A stretch of 5,230 bases of DNA from NCBI RefSeq assembly GCF_004376175.1, contig NZ_SNUY01000045.1, forward strand, positions 28,722 to 33,951, written 5' to 3'. Both the position numbers and the translations under genes were made by a program. Every line of letters starts with the position of its first letter. The first letter of the stretch is position 1. This document shows, one piece after another, positions 1-5,230 of this stretch. Under the pieces are notes generated by a model. The model ran no database searches and was not told the origin of the DNA. It saw only the letters and a list, made by a program, of their open reading frames with translations. Source of the DNA: Halalkalibacterium halodurans. Lineage in GTDB: Bacteria > Bacillota > Bacilli > Bacillales > Bacillaceae_D.

Positions 1-405
1 GGCTTAGGGGCGGTGACTGTTGGATTATTCTTTGCGGAAGTTGGGGACATTTCAAAGTACTCTCATCCTCAACAATTAGTGAACTTAGCAGGGCTATCAT
101 TACGTGAGCACAGTTCAGGTAAATTTAAAGGGCAAACAAGGATTACAAAGCGAGGAAGGAAACGATTACGCCGAGCCTTATATTTAGCGATTCGTCCCCT
201 TGTCGCCCATAATTCAACATTTAAAGCCCTGCATCACTATTACACCAAACGCCCTGAACGCCCTTTGAAAAAGCAACAATCTTTGATTGCCTTGTGTTGT
301 AAGTTACTACGTGTGTTGTTTGTCATTGGTCAAAAACAGTGTGAATTTGATGGTTCAAGATTAATAAAAGATATTCCTCAAATGGATGGATTACAGGCAG
401 TGTAA
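1..405 (+). CDS. IS110-family transposase, C-terminal fragment (5' part lies upstream of the window)
   Basis: Frame 1 is open from the window edge (GLGAVTVGLFFAEVGDISKYSHPQQLVNLAGLSLREHSSGKFKGQTRITKRGRKRLRRALYLAIRPLV...KKQQSLIALCCKLLRVLF) to TAA at 403-405. The pattern EIGDIxxFxxxxQLxxxxGLxxxxxxSGKxxGxxxIxKRGxxxLRxxLY, followed by a KK-SL-ALxxKLLRV helix, is the hallmark C-terminal (Transposase_20) domain of IS110/IS116/IS902 transposases. Confidence 0.88.
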   Translation, partial: GLGAVTVGLFFAEVGDISKYSHPQQLVNLAGLSLREHSSGKFKGQTRITKRGRKRLRRALYLAIRPLVAHNSTFKALHHYYTKRPERPLKKQQSLIALCCKLLRVLFVIGQKQCEFDGSRLIKDIPQMDGLQAV

Positions 406-437
406 CCTTAGAAAGCAGATCACCCAAAGTGGCTTGA

Positions 438-543
438 CACGGAGCCTCTGCGGGCATGGCTCCTTGGCGAAGCGGCGAGTCATCCAATGATTCGCCCATG
501 GCTAAGGAAGCCTACCATGCCCGCCACTCCATGTAAAGCCGTG
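438..543 (+). ncRNA. Candidate structured RNA element: long multi-helix hairpin in the IS110 3' non-coding tail
   Basis: There are four nested helices, about 31 bp in total, separated by internal loops. They are 438-442/539-543 (5 bp), 450-459/515-524 (10 bp perfect, gcgggcatgg/ccatgcccgc), 462-468/501-507 (7 bp, one G-U) and 474-482/488-496 (9 bp, one G-U, 5-nt loop tccaa). Strand is assumed to match the transposase. Confidence 0.35.
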
Positions 544-712
544 CATCATCTGTATACTTACAAATAACAAACACCAATAGTGCAGAGTCGGAGTTTATTT
601 TCACCATACGGGCTTATGACCCAGCAAAGGAGCTTATCCGACCTCCACCTCATGGATACGCAGGACGAAGGAAGGTATGGATACCAATCCGGAGAGACAT
701 GGGAGGGTTAGC

Positions 713-747
713 GACCGTGAGTTGTGTGGAGATTTATAAGCACGGTC
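713..747 (+). other. Second stem-loop in the IS tail (7-bp perfect stem gaccgtg/cacggtc, 21-nt loop)
   Basis: Perfect inverted repeat 713-719 / 741-747. Nearby there is an 8-nt direct repeat atggatac at 652-659 and 677-684, and cctcc(642-646)/ggagg(702-706) complementarity. Confidence 0.3.
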
Positions 748-940
748 ATACCTTTTCGTTACCAGACACTACCAGTTTGGTCGTTAGGATGGTCCTCCCC
801 CTGTAAGGAATTAGAATAATATAAATTTATATCCAGTTAATGCGGTGGTTTTACTATTTGGTGCTTATGAAATTTTAAGAATAAGTGAGTATTCGTAAGA
901 AAATTAAACTTTATTGAGGGAGGAGAAAAAATTAGCGATA

Positions 941-959
941 CCTGACATTCGTTGTCAGG
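941..959 (+). other. Hairpin in the putative 5' UTR of the coiled-coil gene (cctgaca-ttcgt-tgtcagg)
   Basis: 7-bp perfect stem (941-947 / 953-959) with a 5-nt loop. No T-tract follows, so it is not a classical intrinsic terminator. It lies 40 nt upstream of the ORF start and 16 nt downstream of an orphan SD-like GAGGGAGGAG (916-925). Confidence 0.3.
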
Positions 960-998
960 AAGAACAGTATCCTTTTAAAAAAAGCTTGAAAGAGAGGG

Positions 999-2450
999 AT
1001 GAAAGTGAATCGGGCAAAAATGATGGAAAAGATGAAGCGAATAAAGGAGAAGGAGAGAGAGCAGAAAAAATCGGTTCAAACACAGTTTCGTGTGAAAATG
1101 GAACAAGCTAAAAAGGCAGCTGCTCCTGAAAAAACGCCAACAACGTCCACACTTGAGCAGCTTCAGACAGAGCGGAAAAAACGAAAGCAATTATCAAAGC
1201 AACTACTCTATATGGAAAAGAAGGTCAAACAATCAAAGACAGAGTTATTAAAAAAAGAGTCGCAAGTGCGAAAGCTGAAAAAACAAGTAAGCCAAGCGAA
1301 CCAGAAGCTAAAACAAGCCAAAGTAGTAGAAAAAACAGCGAGAGAAATAGCTTCCTCTACTGCGGAAGTCAATCGAGCGCTAGAACGGGAACTAGTGGAT
1401 TTGCGGAATAAGGAAGTGCAGGCCCGTAAACAAGTAAGCTTAATCAACAATCGTTTAATGCGCGTTAGTGCACTTCAACAAGAGAACAACACACTAAAAA
1501 AACAAGTGAAACAATTGCTAGCAAAACAGCAGCCAACTGAAGAGCAGGTCTACCGGCAGATTAGGCAACGAAAAGAAGAAGTTCGTAATTTGCAACGACG
1601 CATTCGCCAGTTAAAACAAAAGAAGGAGCCGAATGTGTTTGAGATGTACCAACAGTTGCACAAAGGGTTAACAATCGAAACGGTCTCAAACTACATGCCA
1701 AATGAGAGAAACGTATTTGCAATGCTCGTTGAAGACATTGAAGCTTTGGCAAAACAGCGGCAAAAGAAAAAAAGGGGACAGCCATTACAGAAAAAAAACC
1801 AAATGACTTCGTATTTATTTGGCACAATGTATAAACAACCGCAAACGGAGGATTTCTTATTTCGGGATTTAGAGGGAAAAGTATACCAAATCGAACACAA
1901 GGGTGAAATAGTCGACGACGGACTTCCTGTCAAAGCAAAGCTTGTTTGGGAAAATAAAGTGGAAATCAGCAAAGTTTATCAAACAATCCCGAAACAAATG
2001 AAACGTAGGGAACAAAAAGCAAGAAAACAAAAAGTTCAAGACAAGCCTATATTTGTCCCGATTGGCACATTCCGTGTTTGTCTAATAGGCTCCCAGCGTA
2101 TGCAACGCTATAAAAAGCGCTTGGAACATCACGGGGTTCGTGTAACTATTTGTAACCCGTTTGAAGACAGCCCAGAAATCATTCGTAACGCATGTAAAAA
2201 ATCAGCCTTAACGATTGTTTGTACCCAGCATACGTCACATACGGCGCTTGCCTTAGCACAGTCAAACAGTCAACATCTAGAGTGCATAAAACATGATAAC
2301 GAAGAGAATCTCGTCGCTCGTACACGGTTCTTTGCCAAATGGAGTTTGCTCCAATTAGAAAAAAATAAAAAGAGGGGAGTGCTATACAAAAAGGAGAATA
2401 AAAAAACAAAAATGACGTGTGGAGAAAACGTTTTTCAGATATTGGCTTGA
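999..2450 (+). CDS. Hypothetical coiled-coil protein with a C-terminal DUF2325-like domain (function unknown)
   Basis: This 483-aa ORF is the only long ORF in the region. The first 230 or so aa are K/Q/E/R-rich with heptad-like periodicity (predicted coiled coil). The central part is a small beta-rich segment (FLFRDLEGKVYQIEHKGEIVDDGLPVKAKLVWENKVEISKVY). The C-terminus, about aa 346-445 (nt about 2034-2333), reads RVCLIGSQRMQRYKKRLEHHGVRVTICNPFEDSPEIIRNACKKSALTIVCTQHTSHTALALAQ. It resembles the DUF2325 pattern (hhhhGG...Y...hE..G.......hh..aDhhhhhT..hSH) as I recall it. The start is uncertain because the SD-like GAGAGGG (992-998) abuts ATG 999. In-frame GTG 1005 has better spacing. Confidence 0.75.
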   Translation: MKVNRAKMMEKMKRIKEKEREQKKSVQTQFRVKMEQAKKAAAPEKTPTTSTLEQLQTERKKRKQLSKQLLYMEKKVKQSKTELLKKESQVRKLKKQVSQANQKLKQAKVVEKTAREIASSTAEVNRALERELVDLRNKEVQARKQVSLINNRLMRVSALQQENNTLKKQVKQLLAKQQPTEEQVYRQIRQRKEEVRNLQRRIRQLKQKKEPNVFEMYQQLHKGLTIETVSNYMPNERNVFAMLVEDIEALAKQRQKKKRGQPLQKKNQMTSYLFGTMYKQPQTEDFLFRDLEGKVYQIEHKGEIVDDGLPVKAKLVWENKVEISKVYQTIPKQMKRREQKARKQKVQDKPIFVPIGTFRVCLIGSQRMQRYKKRLEHHGVRVTICNPFEDSPEIIRNACKKSALTIVCTQHTSHTALALAQSNSQHLECIKHDNEENLVARTRFFAKWSLLQLEKNKKRGVLYKKENKKTKMTCGENVFQILA

Positions 2451-2772
2451 ATCACTAGCTAGTAAAGCTGCTAAGTCATTAAGTTAGAGGGGGATTTGTT
2501 AAAAATGTTATTTTGTGGGGAGGGTGCTGTCGAGACCCTATGAGGGCAGCCATTGATAATGCCACGTCTATTTATCCTAGGAAAAGGTGAATGCTTCCTA
2601 CTAATCCGTGTTTGATTTATTGGATGTTTTCGGTTCAACTCCCCCTCAATCCAAAAAGCCTATTAAAATAGATAATCTGGAGGATATCCAATAAGGTATT
2701 GAGAAACGTATCTAAAATTTTATGCATGGGAGGAATTTACAATAAAAGCAATTGGACCAATCTTTTATTTTT

Positions 2773-2801
2773 AATGATATGTACTTAAATTGAACTAAAA
2801 C
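2773..2801 (-). repeat. Weak degenerate CRISPR-repeat-like unit (psi-repeat 2)
   Basis: The minus strand reads GTTTTAGTTCAATTTAAGTACATATCATT. It matches the array repeat GTTTTATCTGAACTTAGTGGGTTATAAAT at 17/29 positions ungapped, including the 5' GTTTTA. It lies 21 nt from the stronger psi-repeat at 2823-2851. Confidence 0.3.
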
Positions 2802-2822
2802 GAAATCAATCAAGTTAGATTT

Positions 2823-2851
2823 GTTTCTATCCCACTAAGTTCTCGTAACCT
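2823..2851 (-). repeat. Degenerate, isolated copy of the CRISPR repeat (psi-repeat 1)
   Basis: The minus strand reads AGGTTACGAGAACTTAGTGGGATAGAAAC and matches the array repeat at 20/29 positions. This includes a 12-nt exact core, GAACTTAGTGGG (plus strand cccactaagttc, 2831-2842). The chance expectation for such a 12-mer match in this window is of order 0.01. Confidence 0.7.
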
Positions 2852-2987
2852 TTTCCCATTCTTTTTAGGTTTATGCAAAAGAAAAAGGACTAAGGACTAT
2901 AAATAGGTTTGAGTATCGTTTCGTGGTTCTTTCTACAATCGACGTATTCTATCAGTCTAACGACTCGAGAGTTTTTCGAACAATCTT

Positions 2988-4004
2988 TTATTTCGCGTTG
3001 ATCCTATCAGCCAAATGGTAACGTGTCATTAGTTGTCGATACTCCTCATACAAGCTATCTCTTACATCAACTGGTTCAAGTACCTCTACGTTTAGACCAA
3101 ATCCACGTACCCAACGAAGGAATTCTTTACGACTTCTGACCGTTGCATGGAGGAGGAGCGATCCATCGCTTTGTTTTTCTATCTTCGTTTCCGCATAAAA
3201 AGTATATTCATCGACATAGCGGGCCACCTCTTGGTGAAAGCGTACCACAAACTTTGTTTCCTCCGCGTCATCAGCAAAAATAGCCCACCGTTTGGACAAA
3301 TACTCATCCACGTTAAAGTTAGGGTCCATTACAAAGGTCTCTTCCTTAATTACAACTGATAAAAATCGATTTAACCGGAATGTTCGAAAGTCTTTACGCA
3401 AGGTACAATAAGCAAGCACATACAAGTGGCCGTTCCTTGGTATGATGTAATAAGGGTGAATCACCCGCTTTGCCATAGTATCATTATAAATTGCATAGTA
3501 TTCAACTTCAATCGCTTTGTTCTCAACCATTGCTTGGAATAAAAGCGGCATTACATGATTCGTATCTTTATTGCTAACTTGATCGTGAAAGCGGATGCGG
3601 TCACCGAGCTCTTCACTCATGGCTAGCAACTGAGATGTATGGGAGTCTCGTGTAAGCCCTTTTAATTTTTCAAATCCTGCACGATAGGCGTAGTGTACTG
3701 GATGATCATTATGGAGAAAGTCATTTGTAACTAATGGATACACGGTAAGGGCCATCCATTCCTCTTGAGTCAGTTTACGATGTGGTACAACGGGACCAGA
3801 AATGAAATGATACCCATTCTTTCCTTCGGTTACGTAATGCACGCCTACTTTTTCAAGCAATGCCATGTCACGATAGATTGTCCGCTGAGTAGTTCCGCAA
3901 TATTCCGCCAACTCACTTGCTGTAATCGTGTCTCGCTCTCTTAACAGGTTCAAAATCGTAAAAATCCGTTCGACTTTTTGTAAATCACGTCTCACATCTC
4001 CCAT
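2988..4004 (-). CDS. WYL-domain transcriptional regulator (N-terminal wHTH, central WYL domain, C-terminal WCX-like extension; YafY/BrxR/PafBC-like architecture)
   Basis: 338-aa ORF. The N-terminus (ERIFTILNLLRERDTITASELAEYCGTTQRTIYRDMALLEKVGVHYVTEGKNGYHF) is a typical DeoR/HTH_11-type wHTH. The central part (IEVEYYAIYNDTMAKRVIHPYYIIPRNGHLYVLAYCTLRKDFRTFRLNRFLSV) matches the WYL-domain signature (R.V.PY.L....G.WYL.AYC.....R.FRLDRI). The C-terminal 90 or so aa fit the WCX region. An AAGGAGG RBS (4012-4018) sits 7 nt upstream of the ATG (4002-4004). The stop is TAA at 2988-2990. Confidence 0.9.
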   Translation of the reverse strand: MGDVRRDLQKVERIFTILNLLRERDTITASELAEYCGTTQRTIYRDMALLEKVGVHYVTEGKNGYHFISGPVVPHRKLTQEEWMALTVYPLVTNDFLHNDHPVHYAYRAGFEKLKGLTRDSHTSQLLAMSEELGDRIRFHDQVSNKDTNHVMPLLFQAMVENKAIEVEYYAIYNDTMAKRVIHPYYIIPRNGHLYVLAYCTLRKDFRTFRLNRFLSVVIKEETFVMDPNFNVDEYLSKRWAIFADDAEETKFVVRFHQEVARYVDEYTFYAETKIEKQSDGSLLLHATVRSRKEFLRWVRGFGLNVEVLEPVDVRDSLYEEYRQLMTRYHLADRINAK

Positions 4005-4033
4005 AGCACCGCCTCCTTTTTGACTTTCCTTTT

Positions 4034-4062
4034 AGTTTACTGGCAACGGAGATCCATGTCAA
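4034..4062 (-). promoter_or_regulatory. Candidate sigmaA-type promoter of the WYL regulator gene
   Basis: On the minus strand: TTGACA (4057-4062), a 17-nt spacer, then TAAACT (4034-4039). This is about 30 nt upstream of the ATG and precedes the AAGGAGG RBS. An AT-only inverted repeat ATAAAA-N8-TTTTAT (4067-4086) lies just upstream of the -35 and is a weak operator candidate. Confidence 0.5.
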
Positions 4063-4102
4063 AACGATAAAAGTGCATGTTTTTATAGAAACAAAAAGAG
4101 AC

Positions 4103-5044
4103 ATTTACACAAAGTTCAGATAAAACGTATCCCTTGTCACTAAACGAGAAGGGGAGATACAAGTTTATAACCCACTAAGTTCAGATAAAACATCAAGAAT
4201 AGACATGTGACGATGGCCGCAATTGTGAATTTATAACCCACTAAGTTCAGATAAAACACTTACCTCATTTTTCAGTTGTCCTATTGTCCTTATTATTTAT
4301 AACCCACTAAGTTCAGATAAAACCGTTTTCACTGCGCTTTTACTGCATTATTCTGCCACATTTATAACCCACTAAGTTCAGATAAAACACAAAGTCATCT
4401 CCCTTATGCTCGTCTGTAAGTTCAATTTATAACCAACTAAGTTCAGATAAAACGACGTAATTCCTCCGCAAGTCCCATTATGACACCTCATTTATAACCC
4501 ACTAAGTTCAGATAAAACCGGTCCTGATTTAATGAAATATCAAGATCTGTTTCATTTATAACCCACTAAGTTCAGATAAAACGATTCAAGATTATACGAT
4601 AGGTTACGGGATCAGTGTAATTTATAACCCACTAAGTTCAGATAAAACTATTTTTTGAGTTGTCACAGCACCTGCGTCGAGCTTTCATTTATAACCCACT
4701 AAGTTCAGATAAAACGCGTCGTTTTCTCCCTGCGTTCAGGAATGTAGGCGTCGCATTTATAACCCACTAAGTTCAGATAAAACTCAGAGTACATAATGAA
4801 CGGATAACCGGACTCGCTCATTTATAACCCACTAAGTTCAGATAAAACGATCTGCTGCGCATTTTGGTCGATTAGCGTTTCTGCAATTTATAACCCACTA
4901 AGTTCAGATAAAACTGATCGAGGGGTGAAGAGAGGACGATTTACCGTCCTATTTATAACCCACTAAGTTCAGATAAAACTCGCGGGCCACCAACGCAAGG
5001 CCGTACTCAACTTTAATTTATAACCCACTAAGTTCAGATAAAAC
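4103..5044 (-). CRISPR. CRISPR array: 14 full 29-nt repeats, 1 truncated terminal repeat and 14 spacers; type I-B-like repeat
   Basis: The plus-strand repeat is ATTTATAACCCACTAAGTTCAGATAAAAC. Copies start at 4163, 4229, 4295, 4360, 4425, 4490, 4554, 4620, 4687, 4755, 4820, 4886, 4951 and 5016. The spacers are 36, 37, 37, 36, 36, 36, 35, 37, 38, 39, 36, 37, 36 and 36 nt, and all are unique. Variant repeats cluster at the low-coordinate end. The terminal unit 4103-4126 has a 5-nt internal deletion (TAACC) plus one substitution, the repeat at 4163 has G for A at its first base, and there is a C to A change at 4435. The minus-strand form GTTTTATCTGAACTTAGTGGGTTATAAAT resembles the GTTTTAT...GTGG...TAAAT repeats of clostridial/bacillary type I-B systems, as I recall them. 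Both observations place the leader at the high-coordinate end. Confidence 0.97.
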
Positions 5045-5230
5045 CTCTATAGCCCCTTAGAGGACTTGGACAGTTATAGTGAAGTAACTTATAATCTAAG
5101 TATCGGTAGTGTCAAAAGTTCTATGAAAAACTAGCACGGTTCATACTACCTACCATTTATTAGGTGGAAATGCCACGCTATCGCTCTTGACAAACACACC
5201 AATGGTTTATTCAGAGGTCAATCAAGGGCG
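5045..5230 (-). other. Putative CRISPR leader (runs to the window edge)
   Basis: This is ORF-free sequence next to the most conserved (newest) end of the array. A 6-bp hairpin (cctcta...tagagg, 5044-5049/5058-5063) abuts the first repeat. Confidence 0.55.
5088..5115 (-). promoter_or_regulatory. Candidate array (pre-crRNA) promoter in the leader
   Basis: On the minus strand: TTGACA (5110-5115), a 16-nt spacer, then TATAAG (5088-5093). This places a start about 35-40 nt upstream of the first repeat. Confidence 0.35.

Larger units (their letters stand above)
1..810 (+). mobile_element. Right-hand portion of an IS110-family insertion sequence (transposase 3' end plus non-coding tail); right boundary uncertain
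   Basis: The transposase fragment is followed by ORF-free sequence (no ORF of 65 aa or more in any frame across 406-913). It is about 60% G+C over 421-540 by my count, against AT-rich flanks. The composition switches to AT-rich near 808. IS110-family elements lack classical terminal inverted repeats, so the end cannot be fixed from one copy. Confidence 0.45.

Noticed and set aside
713-747. Hairpin gaccgtg...cacggtc as group II intron domain V
   Set aside because: The 21-nt interior does not form the second helix with a GNRA tetraloop and lacks the conserved AGC / bulge pattern. There is no GUGYG 5' end or intron ORF in the context.
406-900. Known housekeeping RNAs (RNase P RNA, tmRNA, SRP/scRNA, 6S) as an explanation for the structured region
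   Set aside because: I could not find their conserved motifs by eye. These include GAGGAAAGUCC for RNase P, the tRNA-like GGUUCGA...CCA end and tag ORF for tmRNA, and the GGAAGCAGC helix-8 motif for SRP RNA.
914-1111. Plus-strand 65-aa ORF (MREEKKLAIP...)
   Set aside because: Its TTG start lies inside or upstream of the SD-like box rather than downstream of it. The product is low-complexity E/K/G-rich, and the ORF overlaps the long ORF out of frame.
1767-1798. Poly-A tracts (A7 at 1767-1773, A8 at 1791-1798) as phase-variation or frameshift sites
   Set aside because: They encode Lys runs (KKK) in a Lys-rich protein, the frame is intact, and no alternative-frame ORF continues from them.
975-2409. 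Minus-strand ORFs in the track (975-1190, 1208-1450, 1561-1827, 1691-1972, 2179-2409)
   Set aside because: All lie antisense to, and within, the 483-aa ORF. Their translations are low-complexity F/L/S/C-rich strings, as expected from the reverse complement of K/E/Q codons. None has a convincing RBS. They are shadow ORFs.
2454-2463. Perfect 10-bp palindrome ACTAGCTAGT just after the coiled-coil gene stop codon
   Set aside because: It has no loop and no T-tract, so it is not a terminator. An isolated short palindrome is plausible by chance or as a restriction-type site.
2505-2543. 12-codon mini-ORF (MLFCGEGAVETL) downstream of GAGGGGGA
   Set aside because: It is too short to evaluate. The SD-to-ATG spacing is about 10 nt, and the G-run is better explained by the long-range pairing noted in the findings.
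2632-2653. tRNA T-loop-like motif GGTTCAACTCCCCCTCAATCCA, suggesting a tRNA/tmRNA 3' fragment or att site
   Set aside because: The upstream sequence cannot form the 5-bp T-stem or a cloverleaf, there is no CCA, and no matching direct repeat occurs elsewhere in the window.
2878-2906. Possible third psi-repeat (ggactaaggactataaata; shares ACTAAG with the repeat core)
   Set aside because: It has only 14/29 ungapped identity and an AT/purine-rich context. It is not distinguishable from chance without comparative data.
3147-3359. Plus-strand 70-aa ORF
   Set aside because: It is entirely antisense to the well-supported WYL regulator gene, has no RBS, and its sequence has no recognisable features.
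4127-5015. Self-targeting spacers (matches to the IS110 fragment, coiled-coil gene or WYL gene within the window)
   Set aside because: Reading by eye, none of the 14 spacers shows an extended match elsewhere in the window. A BLASTN search against phage and plasmid databases is needed to identify protospacers and the PAM.
5087-5113. Repeat-like stretch in the leader (acttataa-tctaagt..., resembling ATTTATAA..CTAAGT of the repeat)
   Set aside because: The similarity needs a gap and rests mostly on AT-rich low-complexity TTATAA. It would imply a 42-nt spacer, outside the 35-39 nt range, and the 3' half (CAGATAAAAC) is not matched. I treat it as leader sequence. If it were real, it would weaken the polarity argument based on terminal-repeat decay.

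Overview
AT-rich, Bacillaceae-style accessory region with no cas genes in the window. Left to right: (1) The 3' end of an IS110-family transposase gene (<1-405, +), followed by about 400 nt of ORF-free, G+C-rich, strongly self-complementary sequence. This tail is a candidate IS-encoded structured RNA. (2) A 483-aa Lys/Gln/Glu-rich coiled-coil protein with a C-terminal DUF2325-like domain (999-2450, +), function unknown. (3) A 537-nt ORF-free convergent gap that contains a degenerate copy of the CRISPR repeat (12-nt exact core at 2831-2842) and a weaker second copy 21 nt away. (4) An HTH-WYL-WCX type transcriptional regulator (2988-4004, -) with its own sigmaA-like promoter and strong RBS. (5) A CRISPR array (4103-5044) of 14 full 29-nt repeats, one truncated 24-nt terminal repeat and 14 unique spacers of 35-39 nt. 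The repeat read on the minus strand (GTTTTATCTGAACTTAGTGGGTTATAAAT) looks type I-B-like, so the leader is at 5045-5230 and the WYL gene lies just past the trailer on the same strand. The most interesting items are the repeat-like mini-CRISPR relic beyond the WYL gene, the array-trailer-linked WYL regulator, the structured non-coding tail of the IS110 element (possible bridge/seek RNA), and the uncharacterised coiled-coil/DUF2325-like protein between the IS and the CRISPR module.
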